A stretch of 63,685 nucleotides of DNA, counting the filler, from Octopus bimaculoides (lineage: Eukaryota), in assembly GCF_001194135.2 (NCBI RefSeq). It is 5 parts of 5 records of this genome, joined end to end, with 100 filler letters (N's around TTAATTAATTAA, not from the genome) between each part and the next. Parts side by side here need not be neighbours in the genome. Positions count along the whole stretch, not along the records: positions 12,111 to 43,470 come from NW_026393178.1; positions 43,571 to 61,911 come from NC_068981.1; 3 more parts are not named here. One strand, written 5' to 3'. The notes under the pieces were generated by a model. That model did not search any database. It was not told where the DNA came from and was given only the letters and a program-made list of their open reading frames with translations. Shown here piece after piece: positions 37,506 through 47,888 of this stretch. Position 1 is the first letter of the stretch. Every line of letters starts with the position of its first letter. Made by a program: the position numbers and the translations under genes.

Positions 37506-38087
37506 TTATAAAAATAAAACAAGAAGCCAGAATTTGATGGGCACAGTTTGAGGTCTTTTGATCATAGGCTTATCTAGTCAGGGCCTACCTGAAGTTAACA
37601 ACAAAGGAAGATCACGTTGGATAAGGTAGTCCCAAATGCATTATGTTTGGGATGGGAGAAAGTAAGATGGTTGCAGCTAGATTACCCTTTGATGTTAGGC
37701 CTACACTAATTATGCTTAGCAAAAAATGTTGGGATGGATAGCAACTAGAATACTTTTGATCAGAGGTCTTCATAGTCTGATTCATTTTCTGAGGAAATGC
37801 TTCAGCAGGTAATGACAGTTTCAACACAAAATGATAAAGAAGCTTTTATGGTGTTGTTCGACCTGCTAGAACAAGCAGTCAGACCCTCCTCAATCAACAC
37901 TCAGCTGTCTTAGACAGTGACTCTTTGGATAATATAGCTATGGGTTGTCTGTACATAAAAGATGGAATGGTCATGTCTGGGATGTCTTTGATCATAAGTC
38001 AGCTCAGTCTGGGTTAACATGGAGCTACACCAACAACATCAGAAATAGTTATACTGTCTGTATTCTTCACTCTTTATTATTATTATT

Positions 38088-38374
38088 GTTCAGTAGTTTT
38101 ATTTTTATAACGTGCTTTCACTTCACTACCGAGCGCAGCTCTGTGCGCCTTGGGTATGTGCTGTGGTTTGCTGTGGTGCTCTTATGTTTACTGTATTGAA
38201 AGTGTTTTGCGTAGAATGTGTGCAGTACTCAGTAGTGCAATTTTCTGTATGTTATATATATTTGTAAGTCCTGGTGTTTTTGTTATGTATTTGTCTGAAT
38301 ATTTTTTTATTATACCTAAGGCACCTACTATGATAGGAATTGTTTCTGTTTTTAGATTCCACATTCGAGTTATC

Positions 38375-38375
<1 letters not shown>
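38088..38375 (-). mobile_element. 5'-truncated R4/Dong-like LINE 3' end within a (TAA)n array
   Basis: ITRMWNLKTETIPIIVGALGIIKK...IQKIALLSTAHILRKTLSIQ*, plus ~100 nt 3' UTR. (TTA)n on both sides (38074-87, 38376-38423). Confidence 0.85.
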
Positions 38376-38424
<49 letters not shown>

Positions 38425-39317
38425 TGGTAAAGCTCTCATCAACTTTTTCAAGTTACACTTAAAATGAGGGTGGAGAGGGAGATGCTGTTCTTGAGTGAAT
38501 TTATCAAAAGGTGGGTGAAAGTTGCAAAGGAATGGTACTGGTGAGTCAGAGGGAAGAAGTTGGAGAGGGTACTTGTCCTTGGTATTCAGGGTGATCTTGG
38601 ATGGTGAGGTTCTTTGATTATTCCTAGAGGGATAATCAGGAAGACTCCATCTCAGAAAGACCCCCATCTCAGGAAAACCTTATCACTATCACATTTTTCT
38701 TCTTCTTTTTTTTAGTGTCGTATACTATGTATACTTTCCTTCTTATAATGTATACTGTGTATACTTTTCCTTTTTATATGCAAACCCCTACACTTTATGT
38801 CTGTCTTTGTATTGTTCCCCTCATCCTTTGCCCTGGTGGCAAATAAAAGAAATCATCATCATCATCATCTTCATCATTATTATTATCATTATCATTATTA
38901 TTATGGCAGCAAGCTAGCAGAATTGTTAGCACGCTAGATGAAATGCTTAGTGGTATTTCGCTCGTTGTTACGTTCTGAGTTCAAATTCCACCGAGGTTGG
39001 CTTTGCCTTTCATTCTTTCAGGGTCAATAAAATAAATGGCAGTTGAACACTAAGGTTGATGTAATCAACTCGTCCCTTCCTCCAAAATTGCTGTCCTTGT
39101 GACAAAATTTATTATTAAGATTATACAGGACTGAAGTAACTCCTCCAGAAGTTATACAGAAATAAAATAAAAATATAGAAGAGTGCCATAGTTATGTAAA
39201 ATTGGTTGAATGATATTTCGGCATCTAGTGTGCCTTCCACAGGTTCAAAAATTACATGTCAGTCTACTTCATCTTTTGTTGAGATTATATAGGACTGAGG
39301 TAACTCCTCCAGAAGTT

Positions 39318-39902
39318 GGATCTTTTTTAAAACGGGGGCCACATTTTTCATTAACGAAACACTTTGAAACTTGGAACACTGGTAGAATGTGTCATATAAA
39401 ACATCTTTTTCTCTTAGTCTTCTTAAAAAAAAAAAGAAATCCATAAATTATTCCATGTTAAAGTTGTCGTATTTCTGTAATTTCAACCAATCACTGACGT
39501 CCATTCAGCCGATATACATTAAGCGCCGACTACATAAACAAACGATTCTGAAACAATTAACCCTAACCCTAACTCTAACCCTAACCCTAACCGTAGGGTT
39601 AGGGTTAGAGTTAGGGTTAGGGTTAGGGTTAAAGCAAATTTAAAATGAAAAAAGCAAATAAAACGAAGAATCGTTTGTTTATGTAGTTGGCACTTAATGT
39701 ATATCGGCTGAATGGACGTCAGTGATTGGTTGAAATTATCGAAATAAGACAATTTTTTACATGAAATAAATTCGAATACAAAAATATTTTTCTGTTCTAT
39801 AACACAAAATAGATAAGTATACGAAGTTTGAAAGTCTTTCGGTACCAAAAACACTACGTAAAACATTAATGAAAAATGTGGCCCCCGTTTTAAAAAAGAT
39901 CC
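39318..39902. mobile_element. 585-bp MITE with perfect 37-bp TIRs, 8-bp TSD, inner 72-bp inverted repeats and a central telomeric palindrome
   Basis: TIR GGATCTTTTTTAAAACGGGGGCCACATTTTTCATTAA (39318-54) and its exact reverse complement (39866-902). TSD CAGAAGTT at 39310-17 and 39903-10. Inner inverted repeats 39478-39549 and 39667-39738 (70/72). Confidence 0.92.
39558..39631. repeat. Interstitial telomere-like palindrome (CCCTAA)n-(TTAGGG)n
   Basis: About 6 units per arm. Each arm carries one variant unit (TAACTC / GAGTTA). Confidence 0.95.
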
Positions 39903-39913
39903 CAGAAGTTATA

Positions 39914-40032
39914 CAGAAATAAAAAAATAGAAGAGCGCCATAGTTATCATGTGAATTTGGTTGAACGATATTTCGGCATCATTCAACCAATTTCACATGA
40001 TAACTATGGTGCTCTTCTATTTTTTATTTCTG
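39914..40032. repeat. 52-bp-arm inverted repeat with 16-nt loop
   Basis: 39914-39965 pairs with 39982-40032, about 2 mismatches. Confidence 0.85.
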
Positions 40033-40083
<51 letters not shown>

Positions 40084-40084
<1 letters not shown>

Positions 40085-40722
40085 GAGAAAGTAGTACATG
40101 CCATCAAAGTGACACTGGGGTACAATATACAAAGCCCAGAATACCTCTCACGACTACTCGTCTGAAAAGGGTACTACAGGCACATGCATCACAACCATAT
40201 GTGCAAGACATGGTAATCTCATATTGAGATTAACAGTTCATGACCTTGCAGGTGGGGCCCAGTTAGAATTTTCTTCAGGTCAAGTAGCCCATCCCACTCA
40301 AAAGGTCCCTGAATAAGGGTTGTTTAAGGATGTTGAACACCACACCCTTGTTTCCAGAGATGAATTATCCAAATCCCAAAGAATTCCTTTCAAAACATGG
40401 CTATGATGTTCCCTCATTACGTCTGCTAGTGATCAAAGATGCACATATTGTCAGCCACTAAGGGACATGCTCAACTGGTTAAGGTCAAACAACTGACAAG
40501 CAAATCTGTGGAATTGAGCAGAATATTTGCTGTAGCCCTACTTTTATACCAAGACAAAACAATATGCATGATAACACTTCCAATCAGTTAAGATCAGAGG
40601 CCATGAGAGCAGCTGCCTGGTACTGCATCAGGGCATGGACACTGCCTGGTACTTCATCAGAGCATGGACACTGCCTGGTACAGCATCAGAGCATAGCCAC
40701 TGCTTGGTACTGCATCAGGTCA
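40084..40722. mobile_element. Unclassified interspersed repeat bracketed by (TTA)n, ending in a 29-bp tandem x4
   Basis: (TTA)n on both sides. CTGCCTGGTACTGCATCAGGGCATGGACA-like units at 40613, 40642, 40671 and 40700. Confidence 0.5.
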
Positions 40723-40730
40723 TATTATTA

Positions 40731-40770
<40 letters not shown>

Positions 40771-40797
40771 CATTATTATTATCATTATTATTATTAA

Positions 40798-41010
40798 GGC
40801 AGCGAGCTGGCAGAATAGTTAGCAAGCTGGGCAAAGCAATTAGTGACATTTCATCCATCTTCACATTCTGAGTTCAAATTTTGTCAAAGTCGACTTTGCC
40901 TTTCATCCTTTCCGGGTCAATAAAATAAGTACCAGTTGAACACTGGGGTTGATGTAATCGACTTAGCCCCTCCCCTAAAATTTCAGGCCTTATGCCTTTA
41001 GTAGAAAGGA
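40798..41010 (+). mobile_element. Full-length tRNA-SINE with (TTA)n tail
   Basis: GGCAGCGAGCTGGCAGAA head, GAGTTCAAATT B box, GTCGACTTTGCCTTTCATCC core, AGTAGAAAGGATTATT tail. Similar copies at 49011-49221, 53705-53825, 60200-60410 (-) and 60862-61070. Confidence 0.88.
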
Positions 41011-41517
41011 TTATTATTATTATTATTATTATTAGTAGTAGTAGTAGTAGTATTGGAAATTGGATCAGCAGTATTACAACTACAGCTCACATGTAGTGCA
41101 ACATCATATACATCTGCTCTAGATTTAAGGCAAAACAATATGGCCCATTGCGTACAGCTCTATTTCTGATTTCTTCTATGCAGTACAACAGTGACAACAA
41201 CAACAACAACTTATCAAATACATCTGGTTTTGACTTGGGGCAATGCAACAGCTTAAATTAGGTCAATACAACAACTACCCCCATGGCACGAAGTACTACT
41301 ATTACTACGACTACTAGTACTACTAACCACAGCCCATGACTTACAGGATGGAGTGCAGGTGCACTACATCATTGACTACGACATTAACCACTGTTGTTTA
41401 CGCAGTCACACATTTTCATTGGGACAATCCTGCAATAAGCAATTGATGACAGCAATCTTGCTGGCTCTTGAATCAAAACTGCTGCTGCTCCTCCTCCTCC
41501 TCCTCCTCCTCCTCCTC

Positions 41518-41591
<74 letters not shown>

Positions 41592-42046
41592 GCTGCTGCT
41601 GCTACTACACCCTAGGACAATAAATATAATCTCCCAGACACAGTTGATCCTCACATGTAGTGTATGTTTCCTGGAGTTTATAACTAAATAAACTAGAAAC
41701 TCTTGAGGATTAACTTCCTACTGGTACCTATTCATCTATGGGTCAATAAGAGTCCCTCTATTCCAGGATGGCATTCAAATCTGAAATCACCCACTGTTAA
41801 AATTCTTTAAAATTATACTATTTAAGTCTTAACATTAAAATAGTAATTTAATAGAAGTTTATAAATTAGACCTATAGATTTGTAAACTTAAAATTCATAA
41901 TTTTTTCTTTCTCAACACTGATGTGCCCTCTTGCCACAGACTCTTCTGCATTTGTAATTTGTCCCAGCTCTACAAAGAGTTGCTCAATCTGCTTGGAACA
42001 GCTGCTAAATGGCCTCAGATATATACGCTACTGTCTTTGAGAAACA

Positions 42047-42120
<74 letters not shown>

Positions 42121-43238
42121 ATGGACAATGTTGTTAGTGATATACTAAAAAATATGGGATAGTCTACTCAATGAGGGCAGAAGTGAGGCTAAGTAGCAAC
42201 CTATTATGTGCTGCAAAATTCATTAGCCGGATGTCTAGCTCCTCTATTTCAGATACCAGGCATTTTATCTTTCAAAGCCACCATACTTTACAAGTGGTGG
42301 TGGTGATATTAGTGGAATACTGTTATTATTAAATGAATCAAATCACAGCTTTATCCTTCTGCACTGTTACATTTCCTTATTTGTTCCTATATCCTGTTTG
42401 GAAATTACTATTTGAAACACTCTCTGTGCACATGTGTGTGTGTATGTTCATTTTTAACAACACATGCTCACAGTAAGTAATATGCTTGGACGAGAATTCA
42501 TCATTTCTGATATAGGTAAAGATTCGCTGATGCTGTGAATAGCTATCTGGCAATTAAAAATACAGTATATGCAATTGAAGCAATATTTGATTAAAGTAGC
42601 CACCTATGTATCATACTTAATGTATACACAGTGTCGATTGGCCAGTTACTGCAGTATTTGTCCTGAGATAACATCTCTTATGGGCTTGCTATGTTAAAAC
42701 ATGAGAAATATCAGAGAGACGACAATTCGTCTCAGCAATCGCCAGCAAAAACATCAGATGTATTTCAGCTGTTTTGAGCCTTTTCAGTGGTGTGTACTTG
42801 CAGCCATCCACATGCTAGGACATGAATTCATCGTCTCTGATTTTGTAAAAAGTGAATAAAATATTCACTAAGTTTGTGCCTAGCCACCCAGCTGTTTGAA
42901 ACTTCGGTATATGATATTGAGGCAGTATTTAATTAAAATAACCATCTGTGCAGCATACTTAATATATACACTCTGTTGATAGGCTAGTTACTGCAATATT
43001 TGTCAATATTATTTGAATATTGAATATCAAGACTCTGTGTAGGAGTATTTGTACTCAATATTCCTGTCATGTGTAGACAACGCAACCCAGCTAAGTGAAG
43101 ATATCCGCTCTTGGTAATTCAGACATGTACTTTCTATTAATGTACTTTCTATAAATGTACTTTCTATTGTATTTCCAAAGTGCAGGTTCAAGTTAGGTGA
43201 ACAGAATACAAATAAGTAACAATGATGTATAGATGTCA

Positions 43239-43327
43239 ATTAATTACAGCCATTTCAAGCAAGTCCATTTAATTGATTAATGAAAACATTACATCAATTT
43301 GAAAGAAACCATTCTCATCAGATGAAT
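43239..43327 (-). ncRNA. Decayed type I hammerhead motif with a long stem II
   Basis: ATTCAT-CTGATGA-[hairpin including AATTGAT/ATCAATT and TAATG/CATTA]-GAAA-TGGCTGT-A-ATTAAT. Stem III is restorable to the palindrome ACGGCCGT by reversing two CpG-type changes. Confidence 0.55.
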
Positions 43328-43470
43328 GCATAGACTTCAAATATAAAGGATAAACCTTTTTTTAACAAATTTGTTAAAAAATTTGTTAAAAAGTGGTTTA
43401 TCGTTTATGTTTGATGTCTCTGCATTCATCTGATGAGAACGGTTTCTTTCAAATTGATGTAATGTTTTCA
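43281..43470. repeat. 190-bp palindrome (divergent inverted pair of the hammerhead-bearing element, cut by a gap)
   Basis: The ~76-bp arms differ at about 5 positions. The right arm has CTGATGA at 43430-36. Confidence 0.85.
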
Positions 43471-44326
43471 NNNNNNNNNNNNNNNNNNNNNNNNNNNNNN
43501 NNNNNNNNNNNNNNTTAATTAATTAANNNNNNNNNNNNNNNNNNNNNNNNNNNNNNNNNNNNNNNNNNNNAGTTACCGGGAGGGAGGGTACGGGCTTTCC
43601 CAGGGGAGCGTATGCTATGGTGGAGGAGGGTCACATGCACAGGACCTGCTCACGGAAAGACCACCGCTCGGCAAGACCTTGAAGGGAGAGAAAGAGAACT
43701 GTGACGTTTGGGGGCAGAAACTTTCGTCAGAGGTTTCGCAGTGTTGTTAAGGAAATTCGCTTTGAAGATCGAGATTTCGATTTCGATACCAGTATACCGT
43801 ACATTGGACAAGTATCTAACTGCCATTGACACAGGCCTGTCTGCAAGGTTTGTGAATGACTATTTGGTTGATGGAAACTGTGTGGAAGCCTGTCTGAAGG
43901 ACTATACCTTGTTTTGACGGGTAGAATTAATTCGCAGACTAGTTTAACACTAACACCACCTTCTACCATTCGGGCCAAAGTTTTCAGTGGGAAACTCATT
44001 CAGGTTGGAGTTTTCAAATAGTTATTGCTATCCCACGAAGGAGGGGAAAGACAAGGAGTTGAATGGAAAGTAATTGTAAGGCTGGCGTTTTGTTTTTTGT
44101 TTTTTGTTGTTTTTTTGTGTTTTATGTTTTGTTTATTTTTTGTTTTGTTTTTTACTCCCATCTTTCCCACAATGGGAATTTCATTTCTGGAAGAATTTTT
44201 CAAGAATTTCTTCTTTTTATTTATTTTTTTTATCTTTAACATTTTTGCACCCACCCCCACCCCCACTCCCAATTCTGTTCCCTTTTTTTTTCTTTCCCAT
44301 GAGATTGTGATCGCTATTTCAAAACT

Positions 44327-44512
44327 TCATCCCCGTTCTATTATTGCATTCTTCAGTTCGAGGATCATCCAGTTCAGCACCACCACTTGGGTACCGTTAG
44401 CCAAGACCATTGCGTTGCATACATTCCAACCAGACCACCGCCCTTCAAGAAAACAAGCCCTTTTCTTCCCACCAATCAGCCTCAGAGACTCTGCAAAGTA
44501 ACACTTTTCCTC
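44327..44512 (-). CDS. Candidate exon with a partial Sushi/CCP-like pattern
   Basis: Acceptor GTTTCTGTTTGTTTTATCAG|. Frame EEKCYFAESLRLIGGKKRACFLEGRWSGWNVCNAMV...ERG* resembles C..G..L.G....C...G.WS....C. A + strand exon reading is also possible. Confidence 0.33.
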   Translation of the reverse strand, partial: EEKCYFAESLRLIGGKKRACFLEGRWSGWNVCNAMVLANGTQVVVLNWMILELKNAIIERG

Positions 44513-45241
44513 CTGATAAAACAAACAGAAACCCCAAAAAACAACTTCCTTCCTACCTTCAGTCCTACCTGCCCTCCCTAAGCCGTTAAAATAAATCACG
44601 TTTAAAAGTTGTACGTTAGGCTGAAGTGAATCAGTAAAATGTTTTCAGTGTAGACGATCGCTAGTTTCTTCCGTTACATTCTAATGTATTACCTCGATAT
44701 ATACGACTCAAGTGTCTGACTCTTGTATGTATGTATGTATGTATTTATGTATGTATGTATGTATGTATGTATGTATGTATGTATGTATGTATGTATGTAT
44801 GCATGTATGTATGTACGTATGGCAGTCTGTATCATTTTATCTAGCTGTCAGTCAATCGTTCATCTATTTATCTATCTACTTAAGTATGTTTCTACTTAAG
44901 TATGTAACTACTTATGTATGTTTATACATGCATATGTACATTTCTTTACGTATCTATATGCTTATCTCCTTCTTAAGACATCTATTTAGTTTGTCTATCT
45001 ATCCAGTCTATCTATCCACAGCTCAATCTATCTATCCAGTCTATCTATCCATAGCTCAATCTATCTATCCATCTACCCATCTATTTATCTACCTATCTAT
45101 CTATCTTTCTATTTATCGATCTATCAGTCTGTTTGTCTGTTTATCTGTCTACCTGTCTATGTATCTATCTATCATCCACTTTATCCATCGATCTATCTAT
45201 CTTTCTATTTACCTATTTATCATCCATTTTATCTATCTATC

Positions 45242-45272
<31 letters not shown>

Positions 45273-45884
45273 CTATCTATCATCCATTTTATCTTGGTCA
45301 TTCCTTAAAGTGATAAGGGTGGGAGGGCTTGTGTCTTATGAAAACAAGACCGTGGCCAATATCAAGAAACACCAGCCCGCATATGACTTTCAATTCACAG
45401 TTTGCCTTGTGGTTTTTAGTTCCGTTGAACTGCATGAAACCTTGGGCAAGTGTGTCTTCAACTACAAGCTCACACCGATCAATGCATTGTGAGTGAATTT
45501 GGTAGATGAAAACTGCGTAGAAGCCCATCGTATGTATGTGGTGGGACGTGTGTTTGTGCTTGTGCTTGTCACTCCACCGCCGCTTGACAATCGGTATTGG
45601 TTTATTTACGTCCCCCGTAACTTAACAGTTCGGAAAAAGACAGTGATAGAATAAATACAGATTTTTTTTTAAAAAGCTTATGTCCTGGTGTCGGTTTTAT
45701 TCCACTAAAACTTTTCAAGTCGATGCCCCAACATGGCCGCAGTCCAATGATTGAAACAAGTGAAACAGTGGCGCTCAACCATATTTTAGCTATGAACTTC
45801 TTGATTCTCATTTTACTTAGATGGACCGTTCTAGCAGTTCCATATTTAAACAATCCAATTATATTTTTATAATCAAATATTATT

Positions 45885-46307
45885 AGTAAAGATTATTTAC
45901 CAACATATTGTGGTTGTCCTGGTTAGGACGATTGTTACTGTTATTTAACCCCAGAAAACATCGTCTCCAGCTGGCTATACGACACACTATCTGCGCCTTT
46001 ATATTTTCGAACAAGGGAGTTTAGCGCACCCACTCAGCTCAAAGTAATATCTGCGTACCAATGGTTTCTGGATTATTTCCCTTCATCAGCAGAGAATAAC
46101 TGCTCGACTAGTGATGGTATCACTAAACTCTTATTCGAAATGTATACTTTTTAAAGTGACACACAGTCACTGATCTAATAAACAGAAAATTATTATTTCT
46201 AAATCTCTGAGACATTCAGTAACTGTACTCTAGAGCAAAGATTATTTGCCAACATAGTGTGGCAGTCCTGGTTAGGACGATTATTACTGTTATTTATCCC
46301 CAGGAAA
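45885..46307 (-). mobile_element. 349-bp unit with 74-bp terminal redundancy containing a hammerhead motif (retrozyme/PLE-like)
   Basis: Direct repeats at 45885-45958 and 46234-46307. Hammerhead motif at 46095-46050. Confidence 0.6.
46050..46095 (-). ncRNA. Type I hammerhead motif, catalytic core intact
   Basis: TCTCTG-CTGATGA-A-GGGA(AATAA)TCCA-GAAAC-CATTG-GTA-CGCAGA. Stem I pairs 5/6, stem III is ACC:GGT, and there is one mismatch at the base of stem II. Confidence 0.6.
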
Positions 46308-46716
46308 TATTAATAGGTAATGTATTACAAAATTGTTAAACTATTTTGTGAATTGTGAAAGTATAACCAATTTATTACGGATAAATCCTACCAGCGAAAT
46401 CTTATCTCCAAGGGCCATATGGACCCTGGATGAAAACCATTGAAGTAAAAAAAAAATAAACGATCAAGTTATTGAACGGTTCAAAATACATAGACATCTT
46501 TTCTGAGCAAGATGGTTAAGAAGGTGTGGACGTCTATTCTGTGAAACATTGGCTCCAGAAGAGGAGGCTGCATTGGACTGGCATAAACCCCTCATACCGT
46601 TTATTTCCATTACTCAATCCTATATGCTCTTTTAATCCTAAAAAGATATTTTCAGTGTTTAAGACAGGCGTTGACAAAAGAAATAAGGATGGCATAAGAA
46701 TGTCTTGAAATGTAGT

Positions 46717-46757
<41 letters not shown>

Positions 46758-47841
46758 TAGTANNNNNNNNNNNNNNNNNNNNNNNNNNNNNNNNNNNNNN
46801 NNNNNNNNNNNNNNNNNNNNNNNNNNNNNNNNNNNNNNNNNNNNNNNNNNNNNNNNNNNNNNNNNNNNNNNNNNNNNNNNNNNNNNNNNNNNNNNNNNNN
46901 NNNNNNNNNNNNNNNNNNNNNNNNNNNNNNNNNNNNNNNNNNNNNNNNNNNNNNNNNNNNNNNNNNNNNNNNNNNNNNNNNNNNNNNNNNNNNNNNNNNN
47001 NNNNNNNNNNNNNNNNNNNNNNNNNNNNNNNNNNNNNNNNNNNNNNNNNNNNNNNNNNNNNNNNNNNNNNNNNNNNNNNNNNNNNNNNNNNNNNNNNNNN
47101 NNNNNNNNNNNNNNNNNNNNNNNNNNNNNNNNNNNNNNNNNNNNNNNNNNNNNNNNNNNNNNNNNNNNNNNNNNNNNNNNNNNNNNNNNNNNNNNNNNNN
47201 NNNNNNNNNNNNNNNNNNNNNNNNNNNNNNNNNNNNNNNNNNNNNNNNNNNNNNNNNNNNNNNNNNNNNNNNNNNNNNNNNNNNNNNNNNGTCCTGGTGG
47301 TGCAGCAGACAGGTGCAACCAGCGATTGTGTTGACAGTTAATAGCAATTGCCGTCACCTGTTTACCGTTGTGCATGCAGACATGCAAATAACAGATGAAA
47401 GGTAACAAGCAAGTCATTTTATTCTCTTCAACTGTCCAAGCTGTCTACATTGTTGTAGTTGTTGTTGTTGTTGCTGTTGTTGTTGTTTTTAGCTCCCAGA
47501 TTCTGCTTTGATTTGAGGAAACCTAACATGAAAGGCCTTATTATTATTATAGCCAAGAGCATTTCGTCTTTTATTCAAATTGCACGCAGACCTGGATCGC
47601 GTTTCCCAATGTGTCCTTTAGCTAAGACGGTAGGTTGTGATTTGAGGAAGAACTTTTTTATGTTTTGCTGCTATTTCTAGCGTAGGAGTGGCTGTGTGGT
47701 AAGTAGCTTGCTCACGAACCACGTGGTTCTGGGTTCAATCCCACTGCTTGGCACATTGGGCAAGTATCTTCTACTATAGCCTCGGGCCGACCAAAGCCTT
47801 GTGAGTGGATTTGGTAGACGGAAACTGAAAGAAGCCCGTCG

Positions 47842-47888
<47 letters not shown>

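Noticed and set aside
39558-39631. Telomere end-to-end fusion site
   Set aside because: A fusion gives (TTAGGG)n(CCCTAA)n. This is the opposite order and lies inside a TIR/TSD-bounded element.
40613-40722. 29-bp x4 repeat as a CRISPR-like array
   Set aside because: Contiguous tandem units with no unique spacers and no cas genes, in a eukaryotic context.
43571-43990. Possible gag-like zinc knuckle (C..G.EEGHMHRTC) of a LINE ORF1
   Set aside because: Needs a frameshift to assemble and has no second supporting motif, so it is left unassigned.
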